Source: a virus | Lineage: Duplodnaviria > Heunggongvirae > Uroviricota > Caudoviricetes | Length of the DNA: 64,000 nt | IMG/VR virus record: IMGVR_UViG_3300032665_000013 | Strand: one strand, 5' to 3' | Shown: positions 16,146 to 25,130 of the stretch, piece after piece | How the letters are laid out: the number at the start of each line of letters is the position of its first letter | How positions within the stretch are numbered: position 1 is the stretch's first letter | Notes under the pieces: generated by a model | What the model was told of the DNA's origin: nothing | Databases searched by the model: none | The model's input: the letters and a program-made list of their open reading frames with translations, nothing else | Program-made: the position numbers and the translations under genes

Positions 16146-17941
16146 CAGATTTATCAAACACAATTAATAATATCATAACTTCTACAGAAATGGCAATAGT
16201 AGATATAGCATCAACAGATTTTCTTTCTGTTTTCGGTGGAGCAGGGAACTTATCTGTAAATAATCTAACCCAATATATTCAAAGTTTTACTAATACTATC
16301 CCCATTTCTACTGTAGAAACATATCCAACGCTTTCTTCCACTACTTCAGATGTAGACACTAATACAATATTATATAATCCAAACGTTAGTGTTAGAAGTG
16401 ATATAACTGGATCAAATACATCTGCCAATGGAGTTGTTAATCCAACCACTAGATATGTCAATCCAATAGGTAATGAACCTCCTGTAGCGGGGCAGGTTAG
16501 CTATTATCCATATAATAAAGCTTATGTGAGTGAGTCAGGCCATCTTAAAGAAATAGACGATACTCCCGGTAATGAACGTTTGTTAGATCAGCATGTATCT
16601 GGTACATATCAGGAAATGAAGGCTTCAGGCGACCATGTTATCAAGGTGGTTGGTGACAGTTATACAATTGTTGCGGGCGCAGATCATATTACAGTTCAAG
16701 GTTCTATATTAGTTCATGGCGAACAAGAATGTAATATGAGAATAGGTGGTTCCATTAATATTATAACAGATGGAGGATGTAACTTAGTATCAAAGGGGGC
16801 ACTAAGAGTTAGAGCTTCTAGTTTGGCTTTCGAATCCACATCTGGTGATATTTCATTCCTATCTGCTGCCAATTTAACTATGACAGCCGCTGGATCCACT
16901 AATATTAAAAGTCAATCGACAGCTATCCAAAGTGATAATATAACATCTATCAAAGCTGGGCAGAATTTGGTTATAGAAGCTCAAAAGATATCAGAACATT
17001 CTATGTCTGATATTGTCGCTCAGGCAAGCGGAGGAATTTATATGCAATCCCAAGGAGATACAGATATTATTTCTGGTGGCAAGACTGTATTAACAGGATC
17101 ATCTATAGAAGTAGCCGGGATATTAAATGCACAAGGTCAAACTAATATGTTAGCGTCTGGTACTCCTGTTCAAGGACAAGGTTCAGCTAGTGGTAGTAGT
17201 CAATCCCCAGATCAATTTGTTCCAGCTCAATTATCTAATGGATCTGGTATAACTGGATCTAACAATCCAGATGACGTTTATATGATGAATGATGATGATA
17301 CCCAATCTGCAATGACAGCTATTCAAACAGGTCTTAAAAATGGTACTATCCAATCTGCGGATCTTATACCACCTGCGGCTGGTCAATCAGATGCGGCTGG
17401 TGCGCCTAATGTCAATTTTAATGCTATTCCAACTTCTATTATTGCGCTGCCTAGTGGAGGTGCTTTAGATAATCTTCAGCTATCGCCTAATTTCACTTTG
17501 GGAAGACTTTCTAAACATGCTTTGGCAAGCCCTACATCAGTAGTAGCTCAACATGGGTTAAGTCAATTGCAGATGGTACAAAATCTTCAAATGTTAGCAT
17601 TGAATTCTCTGGAATTAATTAAGAAAAAGTTTCCAGACATGCAGATTACAAGTGGATTTAGATTAGGAAGTTCTAATTCTCAACATGAACGAGGTATGGC
17701 ATGTGATATGCAATTTGCATCTGCAAATGCAAATAGAAATCAATACTTTACATATGCTCAATGGATACGAGATAATGTACCATACGATCAATTATTATTA
17801 GAGTATAAAAATTCTGGTACTAAATTACCATGGATTCATATATCATATAATGGTGGAGGAAATAGACGCCAAGTATTAACCCTTTTTAACGGGCTAACAC
17901 ATGGGAGTGGGCTGATCGACCTTTCGGGTAGTTCTTCATAA
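16142..17941 (+). CDS. gp5-like beta-helical spike protein with C-terminal M15-family peptidase domain
   Basis: VxGxxxxx-type repeats (IKVVGDSYTIVAGADHITVQGSILVHG). C-terminal SGFRLGSSNSQHERGMACD has the SxHxxGxAxD zinc-binding signature of VanY/L-Ala-D-Glu peptidases. Confidence 0.6.
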   Translation: MTDLSNTINNIITSTEMAIVDIASTDFLSVFGGAGNLSVNNLTQYIQSFTNTIPISTVETYPTLSSTTSDVDTNTILYNPNVSVRSDITGSNTSANGVVNPTTRYVNPIGNEPPVAGQVSYYPYNKAYVSESGHLKEIDDTPGNERLLDQHVSGTYQEMKASGDHVIKVVGDSYTIVAGADHITVQGSILVHGEQECNMRIGGSINIITDGGCNLVSKGALRVRASSLAFESTSGDISFLSAANLTMTAAGSTNIKSQSTAIQSDNITSIKAGQNLVIEAQKISEHSMSDIVAQASGGIYMQSQGDTDIISGGKTVLTGSSIEVAGILNAQGQTNMLASGTPVQGQGSASGSSQSPDQFVPAQLSNGSGITGSNNPDDVYMMNDDDTQSAMTAIQTGLKNGTIQSADLIPPAAGQSDAAGAPNVNFNAIPTSIIALPSGGALDNLQLSPNFTLGRLSKHALASPTSVVAQHGLSQLQMVQNLQMLALNSLELIKKKFPDMQITSGFRLGSSNSQHERGMACDMQFASANANRNQYFTYAQWIRDNVPYDQLLLEYKNSGTKLPWIHISYNGGGNRRQVLTLFNGLTHGSGLIDLSGSSS

Positions 17942-18086
17942 CGTCTTGTGCAGCTGCCCATGCAGTCTCAGCTTGCCTAGTATGGATGATAATATTTCCG
18001 ATAGGATCACCCACAGATCCATGAATATCCTTGGCATAGACAGGATTAGAAATCAAGATAGTAATCGACATAATAAAATACTTCAT
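17886..18086 (-). CDS. small secreted protein (signal peptide MKYFIMSITILISNPVYA)
   Basis: ORF with a clear signal peptide. Overlaps the 3' end of the convergent spike gene. Confidence 0.25.
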   Translation of the reverse strand: MKYFIMSITILISNPVYAKDIHGSVGDPIGNIIIHTRQAETAWAAAQDVMKNYPKGRSAHSHVLAR

Positions 18087-18144
18087 GGTTGAACTCCTTA
18101 TCAATTGATTTGGTATAACACCAATAGATTAATTATTGGTTATC

Positions 18145-18519
18145 TTATGCCAAAGAATTTTTGATGAAGTTATACCCCAAACCGAATTCATATTCGATAT
18201 AATCATAGCCATAAAATTTAAATTGTTCTTCAAGTCCTTCTGCACAAATGAGGATTCGAATAGCGTCTTCACGACTATTGTTCATTGCATCACGAATAAT
18301 CAGAATACGATTATTGAAATCAGCTTCCCGATTTTTTTGTTCAATCCGTTCACGTTCAATAGAAGCGTCAGAAATTTCACAAACTTCATCCCAAATTGCT
18401 TGCTTACCGTCATCATCAGCACTCTTCCACTGTTGCCAGAAATTAGAAGTAGGACGATATCCGTATGCATCCTTATGGATATCCGAAATAAGATTTTCAT
18501 CAAAAGTGTGATTGGTCAT
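18145..18519 (-). CDS. hypothetical acidic protein
   Basis: 124 aa. AAGGAAG Shine-Dalgarno 7 nt upstream of ATG. Confidence 0.5.
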   Translation of the reverse strand: MTNHTFDENLISDIHKDAYGYRPTSNFWQQWKSADDDGKQAIWDEVCEISDASIERERIEQKNREADFNNRILIIRDAMNNSREDAIRILICAEGLEEQFKFYGYDYIEYEFGLGYNFIKNSLA

Positions 18520-18599
18520 AATGACTTCCTTTGCGTGAATATCCTCTTCTAATATATTTTAATTATAGTGTCAACATTTATTTTAAATTTTTGACTTCG

Positions 18600-18700
18600 A
18601 TATAATCATATAGATAAAATCTAAAATCTTCTGCCAGAAATTAGAAATGATATTTTTATCAAAAGTGTGATTAATTATAATGACTTCCTTTGCGTGAATA
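18600..18700 (-). pseudogene. decayed partial copy of the 5' end of gene 18145..18519 (start codon lost, 36-nt internal deletion)
   Basis: 55 nt near-identical to 18497-18551 including the SD (ATGACC has become ATAATT). Remnant reads INHTFDKNIISNFWQ against parent MTNHTFDENLIS...SNFWQ. Confidence 0.45.
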
Positions 18701-18932
18701 TCCTCATCCAAAATATTAAATGAGGATTACCATTGTGCTTACACCATGCCAAAGCGACCTGTGCCTCATCGGATGTAGGTGATGATCTGGATCTAATTCT
18801 ATCGACCGTTTCCAATAATTCTAATGCACCATCACGCATCCATTTTGGTAGATCTTCATTTGTTGATTTATCCAATAGTCTTTGTCTAAACTCATTATAA
18901 CGTTGAGTTTGTTTAATTTCTTCGTCTGTCAT
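18675..18932 (-). CDS. hypothetical protein
   Basis: 85 aa. Last 12 codons lie inside the duplicated segment. Confidence 0.5.
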   Translation of the reverse strand: MTDEEIKQTQRYNEFRQRLLDKSTNEDLPKWMRDGALELLETVDRIRSRSSPTSDEAQVALAWCKHNGNPHLIFWMRIFTQRKSL

Positions 18933-18944
18933 AAATTTTCCTTA

Positions 18945-18985
18945 ATAAAAAAGGGGAGAGATTTCTCCCTCCCCTTTCCCCGCCT
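18945..18985 (-). terminator. Rho-independent terminator after the OMP gene
   Basis: Minus strand reads GGGAGGGAG-aaat-CTCTCCCC followed by TTTTTT. Confidence 0.55.
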
Positions 18986-19010
18986 ATTCTAAATCAGCCC
19001 ATGCTCTAAT

Positions 19011-19490
19011 TTAGAATCGTAGAGTTGCCGTAGCAGCTACAGCATTCTTATGGGTAGATCCCAAATCATGATATTGGTATTGGGCACCTACAGATACCGG
19101 ACCAACAACATTAACCTCGACACCGCCAGTGAAAACAGCTCCCTTAATGGAACGAGCATTAAAATCACGGAAATTATCATATGCCGCACCAGCATAAAGA
19201 AGCGCATGGTTATTCAATTCGTAACCAACTCGGCCACCAACGTTGATGTCAGAACGATCAAATACGTTTGACAACCCAGCTTCTACACCTACCGTAACAG
19301 GTCCGACAAGCTTTGCATCATATCCAGCTTCTACGCCATAATTGAAACTATGGTTCGCAGGCACATTTGTAACATCCTGATAGCCAGCTGTCGCTGTCAC
19401 ACGAGGTCCAGTAAAGCTATCTGCCATAGCAGGAGTTGCAGCAAATGCAAGGACAGCTGTAGCGATAGCAAACAAAATAGACTTATTCAT
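19011..19490 (-). CDS. small outer-membrane beta-barrel protein (Ail/Lom/OmpX-like)
   Basis: Signal peptide MNKSILFAIATAVLAFAATPAMA. Alternating Gly/aromatic beta strands. C-terminal ATLRF aromatic signature. Locally higher GC. Confidence 0.7.
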   Translation of the reverse strand: MNKSILFAIATAVLAFAATPAMADSFTGPRVTATAGYQDVTNVPANHSFNYGVEAGYDAKLVGPVTVGVEAGLSNVFDRSDINVGGRVGYELNNHALLYAGAAYDNFRDFNARSIKGAVFTGGVEVNVVGPVSVGAQYQYHDLGSTHKNAVAATATLRF

Positions 19491-19500
19491 ATATTCATTC

Positions 19501-19623
19501 CTTTAATAATATTAGTTTAGTTTAGACTTAAGCTCTTCTGCCTTGGCTTTCCATAAGGCTTGGAACTTAGGATTCTTTGCCCTTGCCATCAGGTCATAGA
19601 ATTTCGAAATAGTTTCTATAGGG
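19501..19623 (-). CDS. small ORF (40 aa) coupled to the upstream gene
   Basis: ATG overlaps the stop of 19624..19986 (AATGTTTAA). Confidence 0.25.
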
Positions 19624-19986
19624 TTAAACATTTTTATTTTCTCTGTTGTATTGTTCGACACTGCGCATGCCTGCGGGAGAAATAATTACTTGACCTCTTG
19701 CAGAATCTCCATAATCAGCAAAAGTCAACCAATGAAGATTTTCTTTTCCTACAAGATTTACAAAATCGGCCATTACTTTTCGTGTCATTCTAGGCAGATC
19801 CCGATATACCCAATCGATTTTATCTGGAAAGCATTCACGAACTAGAGAAGCTTCTAATTCATCAGACAGCTTCTTTAACTCTTGCATTTCTTCCTTTGTG
19901 AATGGATTATTACCAGCCATACAATTACACCTTTCGATTCCACAATATACAAAACATTTCTTATTGATTAACTCGGGTCCATACAT
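19624..19986 (-). CDS. hypothetical protein
   Basis: 120 aa ORF. Confidence 0.45.
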   Translation of the reverse strand: MYGPELINKKCFVYCGIERCNCMAGNNPFTKEEMQELKKLSDELEASLVRECFPDKIDWVYRDLPRMTRKVMADFVNLVGKENLHWLTFADYGDSARGQVIISPAGMRSVEQYNRENKNV

Positions 19987-20576
19987 TCTTTATAAATCCT
20001 TGATCTTACGTCATTTGCCGACATACCTTCCGTATCTAAAGAATTTAGAAAATTGGCAATATGATCCAATCCTTCATAGAGATAAGGTTTAGGTGTCTTA
20101 CTAACATTTGCATCATAGATCTTTTTACGTAGACCAGACGAACTAAAATGATGATCACGAGAACAATAATGAATCTTAATAGGTAAATTAGCCCCTGTAA
20201 AAGTATGATTATGTTTGTAATCAGCACCAAGAAATCTAACATCAATTGGATACGTTGTCAAGATAGCATATAGATCATCTTCTGTTTCGTATGGAATAAT
20301 TGTGGCACCTGATGCAAAAATACAACTACTTAATTGTAACCATCGTTCGAAATATGATTGGATAGGTCTGTTCTTCTCAGGGCGATCTATAGTGGGATCA
20401 GTATGCAATCCAATATAGAGGTGGCTACAATTCTCCCTACATTCCTTAAGCATTAGTAAATGCCCAGCATGTAAAAGATCAAATGAAGAAGCTATGAAAC
20501 CATTTGTCATGAATTTAAAATCGCTTCTACCAAAAAGATAAACCCTACTGTGATCACTATAAGATCCATAGCACAT
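19968..20576 (-). CDS. cytidylyltransferase-fold nucleotidyltransferase (HldE domain II / TagD-like)
   Basis: FDLLHAGHLLML is the HxGH signature. Downstream IGLHTDPTIDRPEKNRPIQSYFERWLQLSSC...LGADYK parallels the HldE adenylyltransferase domain. Confidence 0.55.
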   Translation of the reverse strand: MCYGSYSDHSRVYLFGRSDFKFMTNGFIASSFDLLHAGHLLMLKECRENCSHLYIGLHTDPTIDRPEKNRPIQSYFERWLQLSSCIFASGATIIPYETEDDLYAILTTYPIDVRFLGADYKHNHTFTGANLPIKIHYCSRDHHFSSSGLRKKIYDANVSKTPKPYLYEGLDHIANFLNSLDTEGMSANDVRSRIYKECMDPS

Positions 20577-20713
20577 TTAGTGATATAATATGCAATACGA
20601 GACACCATAGAAAACCTATGTATTGGATTATTCTTGTCGAATGTACGGGCTATATCACATACTCCAATCCACAACATTAAAAATGTAAGAATGTAATAAA
20701 ATATCATCACCAT
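20507..20713 (-). CDS. small membrane protein
   Basis: Two hydrophobic helices. Confidence 0.35.
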   Translation of the reverse strand: MVMIFYYILTFLMLWIGVCDIARTFDKNNPIHRFSMVSRIAYYITKCAMDLIVITVGFIFLVEAILNS

Positions 20714-20900
20714 TTGGTTAAAACCTCATATAAACTTTTTATCATATACTTAATAAGTGCAACAGGCCACCATACAAGTTCCGAAGTGGTCATAAAATTT
20801 CCAGCTCCACCAATTACGAGAAACAATCCAATTATAGGCCATGCTAAAGTCACAAGAAAAATAATCATACTCATATTTTAATTTCCCTTTTATTCACGGT

Positions 20901-21365
20901 CTATTGTGGTGCATGGCGAGTAGTTTGTTTTGCAAGAAAGAACATAATTCGAGGCATATAATTCGCAGCTTGTTTGAGTAAATTACGTGCCTCACATTCC
21001 CATTCCACCGCTTCAGCTAAGATTTCTTTGGTATTGGTAAGCTTGGCGTTGGTTATATCGAGTAATTCTTTAGCGTATTTTAGGGCAGTTATGCGGTGAT
21101 CTGCATCTTCTCTGAGAGCTATCACGTTACGTTTAAGATGAGCAACCTCATACCGTAGTTCAGTAATCACGGTGGCGGCTCGTCCCTCATATGTTTTATC
21201 TGGTGTGGGCCAAGAATATAAATCGGTGCGTCCATCTAGATTGTCAGTTTGGCGTAGTGACTTCGCTTCGGCCATCATCTTACTAATTTCCGAAGAGGCA
21301 ATAGCAGATAAGTAAAGTTGTTCCACCAGTGCATTCAGTTCATCTTCAGGCATTTGGTTAGTCAT
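20901..21365 (-). CDS. hypothetical protein
   Basis: 154 aa ORF. Confidence 0.5.
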   Translation of the reverse strand: MTNQMPEDELNALVEQLYLSAIASSEISKMMAEAKSLRQTDNLDGRTDLYSWPTPDKTYEGRAATVITELRYEVAHLKRNVIALREDADHRITALKYAKELLDITNAKLTNTKEILAEAVEWECEARNLLKQAANYMPRIMFFLAKQTTRHAPQ

Positions 21366-21588
21366 GGTTAGTGTCTCGTTCTACATCGTTACTGAGACGA
21401 CCAAAAATAAAACCAAGAACCATAGCACTAACGGGACCAAAAAATGCATTCCAATTCATTGAATCGCCACACATACCCACGCCAGCAATTGCCATAAAAA
21501 TTGGTGATATAATCATTGCCACGATAAAATATAATATATTCTTCATATCACTTCCCTTTATTTTGGTTTGTGAGAAAGGCTTTGGCAC
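21358..21588 (-). CDS. small membrane protein
   Basis: Two TM segments. ATGA overlap with its neighbour. Confidence 0.45.
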   Translation of the reverse strand: MPKPFSQTKIKGSDMKNILYFIVAMIISPIFMAIAGVGMCGDSMNWNAFFGPVSAMVLGFIFGRLSNDVERDTNHD

Positions 21589-21844
21589 GTTTTAAATGAT
21601 CTGATGATCCGGCAATAACACCTGATGTCAAGCATTCGATAATGGATACTGCTAATTCCAAAGTTGCTTCAGTATCAGTTAAACGATCCTCGGCTGCGAT
21701 TCTGTGGCGGGCGAAGGCTTGGACAGGTACTTCATGATCCCATTGCCCATCGACTATCCCCTCCCCAGCGCCTTCTGTGTGCGGGAATGTCCAGCGCACT
21801 AATGCTCCAGCCGCTTCCCTATCCGCTTGCGTCGCCTCAATCAT
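21548..21844 (-). CDS. hypothetical protein
   Basis: 98 aa ORF. Confidence 0.4.
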   Translation of the reverse strand: MIEATQADREAAGALVRWTFPHTEGAGEGIVDGQWDHEVPVQAFARHRIAAEDRLTDTEATLELAVSIIECLTSGVIAGSSDHLKRAKAFLTNQNKGK

Positions 21845-22166
21845 GGCTGGTGTCCTGTTCTGCGAGAAAGTCAGAAACTGGCGGTGGTAAATCGCAGGGA
21901 TCCACCCAATTTCTTAACAGCTGCACCGCCTCCGCCAGCCGTGCCTTAGTGTCTATCAAATCCTTCAAGTGTGTTGCAGCAGCTTTAGCAGTTGCTTGGT
22001 ATGCCGTTTTCATATCATTCATTGCAGACAACATACGGAATTTTTCTTCTTTCAATTCAGCGAGTTCTTTATCTAGAATATCTAGTTCTTTAACTAGAGC
22101 ATCCCGCTCATCCCGCATTTCACACCAAGTCTTGTCATCATCATGTATCATCATAAAACCTTTCAC
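21837..22166 (-). CDS. hypothetical coiled-coil protein
   Basis: 109 aa, heptad-like Lys/Glu/Leu pattern. Confidence 0.45.
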   Translation of the reverse strand: MKGFMMIHDDDKTWCEMRDERDALVKELDILDKELAELKEEKFRMLSAMNDMKTAYQATAKAAATHLKDLIDTKARLAEAVQLLRNWVDPCDLPPPVSDFLAEQDTSHD

Positions 22167-22217
22167 TTAATTTATGTCTCTAAACGCATAAAATAAGTTT
22201 ATGCTATAAAGGACATA

Positions 22218-22676
22218 TTATGGATTCATCCATTTTTCTTTAAGTGCCATCGCATCCCACCACGCATTATGGCGAACAGCATTTTCAAGTTTACTTGGAT
22301 ATGAGTCCACCCTTACCATACGAAAGGTGAGGTTGTCAAGCCCTACCATCATACCCGGTCCAGTAATTAAACATTCATTAAAATATTTAATATCATCTGG
22401 CCAATCTGCAATTATAACCGGATCACGATCATTTCCGATAAGGGTTTTAATCTTTCTACCAATATCGGCTGTATTATCACATTTATATGCCATACCGGGA
22501 AGAGGACTTGGAATATCCCATAGAATGGGAAGAACATTATCCTTTACCCATTGTTCACATTTCTTTTTCGATACAGGAGCTACACAATAAATGCTTTCAC
22601 CATCCTGCCTGACCAATGCAAGAGAGATTAATTCTCCGCCGAATCCATTAAATTCACAATCTAAAAAATAAATCAT
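22218..22676 (-). CDS. dexA: DEDDh-family 3'-5' exonuclease (dexA-like)
   Basis: Exo I FLDCEFNG, Exo III HNAWWDAMAL (H-x4-D). Confidence 0.6.
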   Translation of the reverse strand: MIYFLDCEFNGFGGELISLALVRQDGESIYCVAPVSKKKCEQWVKDNVLPILWDIPSPLPGMAYKCDNTADIGRKIKTLIGNDRDPVIIADWPDDIKYFNECLITGPGMMVGLDNLTFRMVRVDSYPSKLENAVRHNAWWDAMALKEKWMNP

Positions 22677-22909
22677 ACCAATTCTTCTCTATAAAAAGTA
22701 TGACCATATCCATCTACAGTTATACCATATAATTTTTCATACCAATCTGGGATATACCGTTTAGGAGCTTTAGCAAAGAAGTCTTTAAATGCATCCAACC
22801 ATACTTTCCGATCTTTCAAATCAGCACTATACGATAGGGTAAACAAAGATTGATTTGGTATCAATTCCATATCATCTGTTAAAACAGTAAATCTTGTAGG
22901 CATGCTCAT
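22673..22909 (-). CDS. hypothetical protein
   Basis: 78 aa, coupled ORF. Confidence 0.45.
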   Translation of the reverse strand: MSMPTRFTVLTDDMELIPNQSLFTLSYSADLKDRKVWLDAFKDFFAKAPKRYIPDWYEKLYGITVDGYGHTFYREELV

Positions 22910-22921
22910 AATATAAACCTT

Positions 22922-23293
22922 TTATCTTGGTGCTCTTCGCTCTATAACATGATGAATAAATTTCTCAGGAGAAAAATATTTCTCAAATATGGCCAATACT
23001 AACATAGGATCATATGGTTTGCAAGAAAAAATATCAACATAGGCAGAATTGCCGTCAGACGGGCAAAAATGTGCCGATATATTAGAGTCTTGTAAAAGCT
23101 GATAAATGGAGAATCCAACCTTATTAGGATCGTTGGTTTCACACCATACGATTTGAAGATCCCCAATTTTAATCATTTCGATACGTTCAAGAAGTTCATC
23201 TATAAACTTTTGAAATGTTATCTTACAATTAATAGCATCTGAATTACAATTAGATGCATCGATGGCAGTCAACCATCCCCAAGGTTCTTCCAT
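22922..23293 (-). CDS. speD: pyruvoyl-dependent S-adenosylmethionine decarboxylase-like (SpeD/SpeH small type)
   Basis: SNISAHFCPSDGNSAYVDIFSCK matches ESHISIHTWPE.GYAAVDVFTCG of AdoMetDC, with the self-cleavage Ser context. Confidence 0.55.
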   Translation of the reverse strand: MEEPWGWLTAIDASNCNSDAINCKITFQKFIDELLERIEMIKIGDLQIVWCETNDPNKVGFSIYQLLQDSNISAHFCPSDGNSAYVDIFSCKPYDPMLVLAIFEKYFSPEKFIHHVIERRAPR

Positions 23294-23348
23294 TTTGTTC
23301 TCCGTTTAAAAAGTAAAGAATCTATTTATCAAACGGAGAACAAAACGA

Positions 23349-23519
23349 TTACCAATCTAGGTCATCTTCCTCCATAAGTGCTTCTATATTTCTAGTGTGT
23401 AGAGCATTCCGTATCTTTTTTTCTTTTCGATGGGAATTACGATCAAAGATATCTCGCCTAAAATCTCGAACATCATCATATTCATGACTTTTACGCATAT
23501 CATCTTGGCTCTTAGACAT
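23349..23519 (-). CDS. small charged ORF (56 aa)
   Basis: ATG to TAA. Below the ORF-track cutoff. Confidence 0.25.
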   Translation of the reverse strand: MSKSQDDMRKSHEYDDVRDFRRDIFDRNSHRKEKKIRNALHTRNIEALMEEDDLDW

Positions 23520-23599
23520 TGAAATTAAAACCTCTTCTCAATAAACACAGATTCTTTACTCCTATTTTACTCTGGTGTCAAGGGTATATTCATTCCCTA

Positions 23600-24241
23600 T
23601 TACCCAACCTTCTCCGATTGGTGTGAATTCTTCACATGTTTCGCTAGTGGGCCGGGTAAAAAATTCCCGTCCTCTGCGGATGATATGCAACCAAAAGGGC
23701 ATGGCTTTGCTTTGCTTCTGTCCTTTTTTTCGTCCTTTCCCGATACCACAATCTGTGAAGATTGAAGATCTAAAACATCATCTGTTTTTGTAACATTATG
23801 CTGATTCAAATCTGGCAATAATCCGGGAAATGTGTTATGAACCAAATCATATGTGATATTCTTATAAGGACATCTTTTCTCTTTCATAGCAAGAACAAGT
23901 TCTGCATCGTCTGGATCAAGAGCCTCTAGTAGCTGTACAAACATAGTTTGACGTTTAAGATCTGGAATATTGTCAGCCTGTCCTTTGATGAATAGATAAA
24001 GGGTTCTAGACTCCCTGTAAAGACTTCCTTCACTATCAGCAGCCTTTGGCATCTTTTTAAAGTTAGGTGCGCCTTCAGGAAGGTTAAATACTACGTCAGG
24101 GTGAAACATATACATCAAAATTTGTACGAGTGGTTTAATGCTTGCACATGTACCCAATGCATCTTGGCGTTGTTTAGGATCTTTAATTCCAGAAATAATC
24201 TTGAGAATTTCAGAAATCCCCTGTCTACGCTGTTCAGTCAT
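23600..24241 (-). CDS. hypothetical protein
   Basis: 213 aa ORF. Confidence 0.5.
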   Translation of the reverse strand: MTEQRRQGISEILKIISGIKDPKQRQDALGTCASIKPLVQILMYMFHPDVVFNLPEGAPNFKKMPKAADSEGSLYRESRTLYLFIKGQADNIPDLKRQTMFVQLLEALDPDDAELVLAMKEKRCPYKNITYDLVHNTFPGLLPDLNQHNVTKTDDVLDLQSSQIVVSGKDEKKDRSKAKPCPFGCISSAEDGNFLPGPLAKHVKNSHQSEKVG

Positions 24242-24422
24242 ATTATCATTCGCCTTTTATAATTGTCTTAAATTGTGAAACACTATCAAGAAACATCAAT
24301 TGTTTCTTATGTGGAAGATCATAGAAGTTCTTCTTATTATATAGGAGGCGATAAAATTGAGATGCTTGGGATATTTCTTCACTTGTATACATATCGAGAT
24401 TCTACCTATTCATAAATTTTGT

Positions 24423-25130
24423 TCAAATCAATGCGTTGTTACGAACATCATCAAACAGCTGGTCACGCAATAGTTCACCATCTGAATACACATCTTGCAA
24501 AACATCATCTTCTGCATACATCTCATATTTAACGGGATGGCTCTCCGTGGTATAAGTAAAAAACTTACTATCCCAATATGGGGTATGCTTAAGAATCATT
24601 CGACCCTTCTTAGACCTTTTACCAGAATCAGTAAGAGGATCCTTATACACGTCAATCCATTCACCGTTGATAAATGCCGCCGAACACTTCATTGCAAACT
24701 TTTGATCGTCACGATTAACAATCTGTAGAAGAGCGCCGCCTTGGCCGAATGCCACATTATCAGCACTATAACCAATAGCAATAATAGCATTCAGAATTTC
24801 TTTGATAGTGTCAATAGTAATACCATCGCCTTGAATTACACGAACATTGTTGAGAACCTTATATCCTTTATCATTAATAGCATGCCCAAAATGATAATCA
24901 AGGATTCGGATGCAGCTTTCTACCACTGTTGCTGGATCGCCACTATCTGGGCGGATAACGGTAAACCCACCAAGTTCTCCGTTCAAGATAATCTTCTGTT
25001 TAATTTCAGGATCAGTTCCTAGGAGTTCGCAAAACTCAAAAATATTATAAGTATCTCCTACTATTGCAAAAGTCTTACCACCGGTGCCAAAATTGTCAAT
25101 CATCGTGTTAATGTAGGTTCGTTCACTCAT
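24423..25130 (-). CDS. nadV: nicotinamide phosphoribosyltransferase NadV/NAMPT, C-terminal half
   Basis: TVIRPDSGDP, GYKVLNNVRVIQGDGITIDTIKEIL, AFGQGGALLQ, KDPLTDSGKRSKKGR align with human NAMPT residues about 300-440. Own start ATG 25128-25130 with GGAAAGGAAA SD. Confidence 0.85.
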   Translation of the reverse strand: MSERTYINTMIDNFGTGGKTFAIVGDTYNIFEFCELLGTDPEIKQKIILNGELGGFTVIRPDSGDPATVVESCIRILDYHFGHAINDKGYKVLNNVRVIQGDGITIDTIKEILNAIIAIGYSADNVAFGQGGALLQIVNRDDQKFAMKCSAAFINGEWIDVYKDPLTDSGKRSKKGRMILKHTPYWDSKFFTYTTESHPVKYEMYAEDDVLQDVYSDGELLRDQLFDDVRNNALI

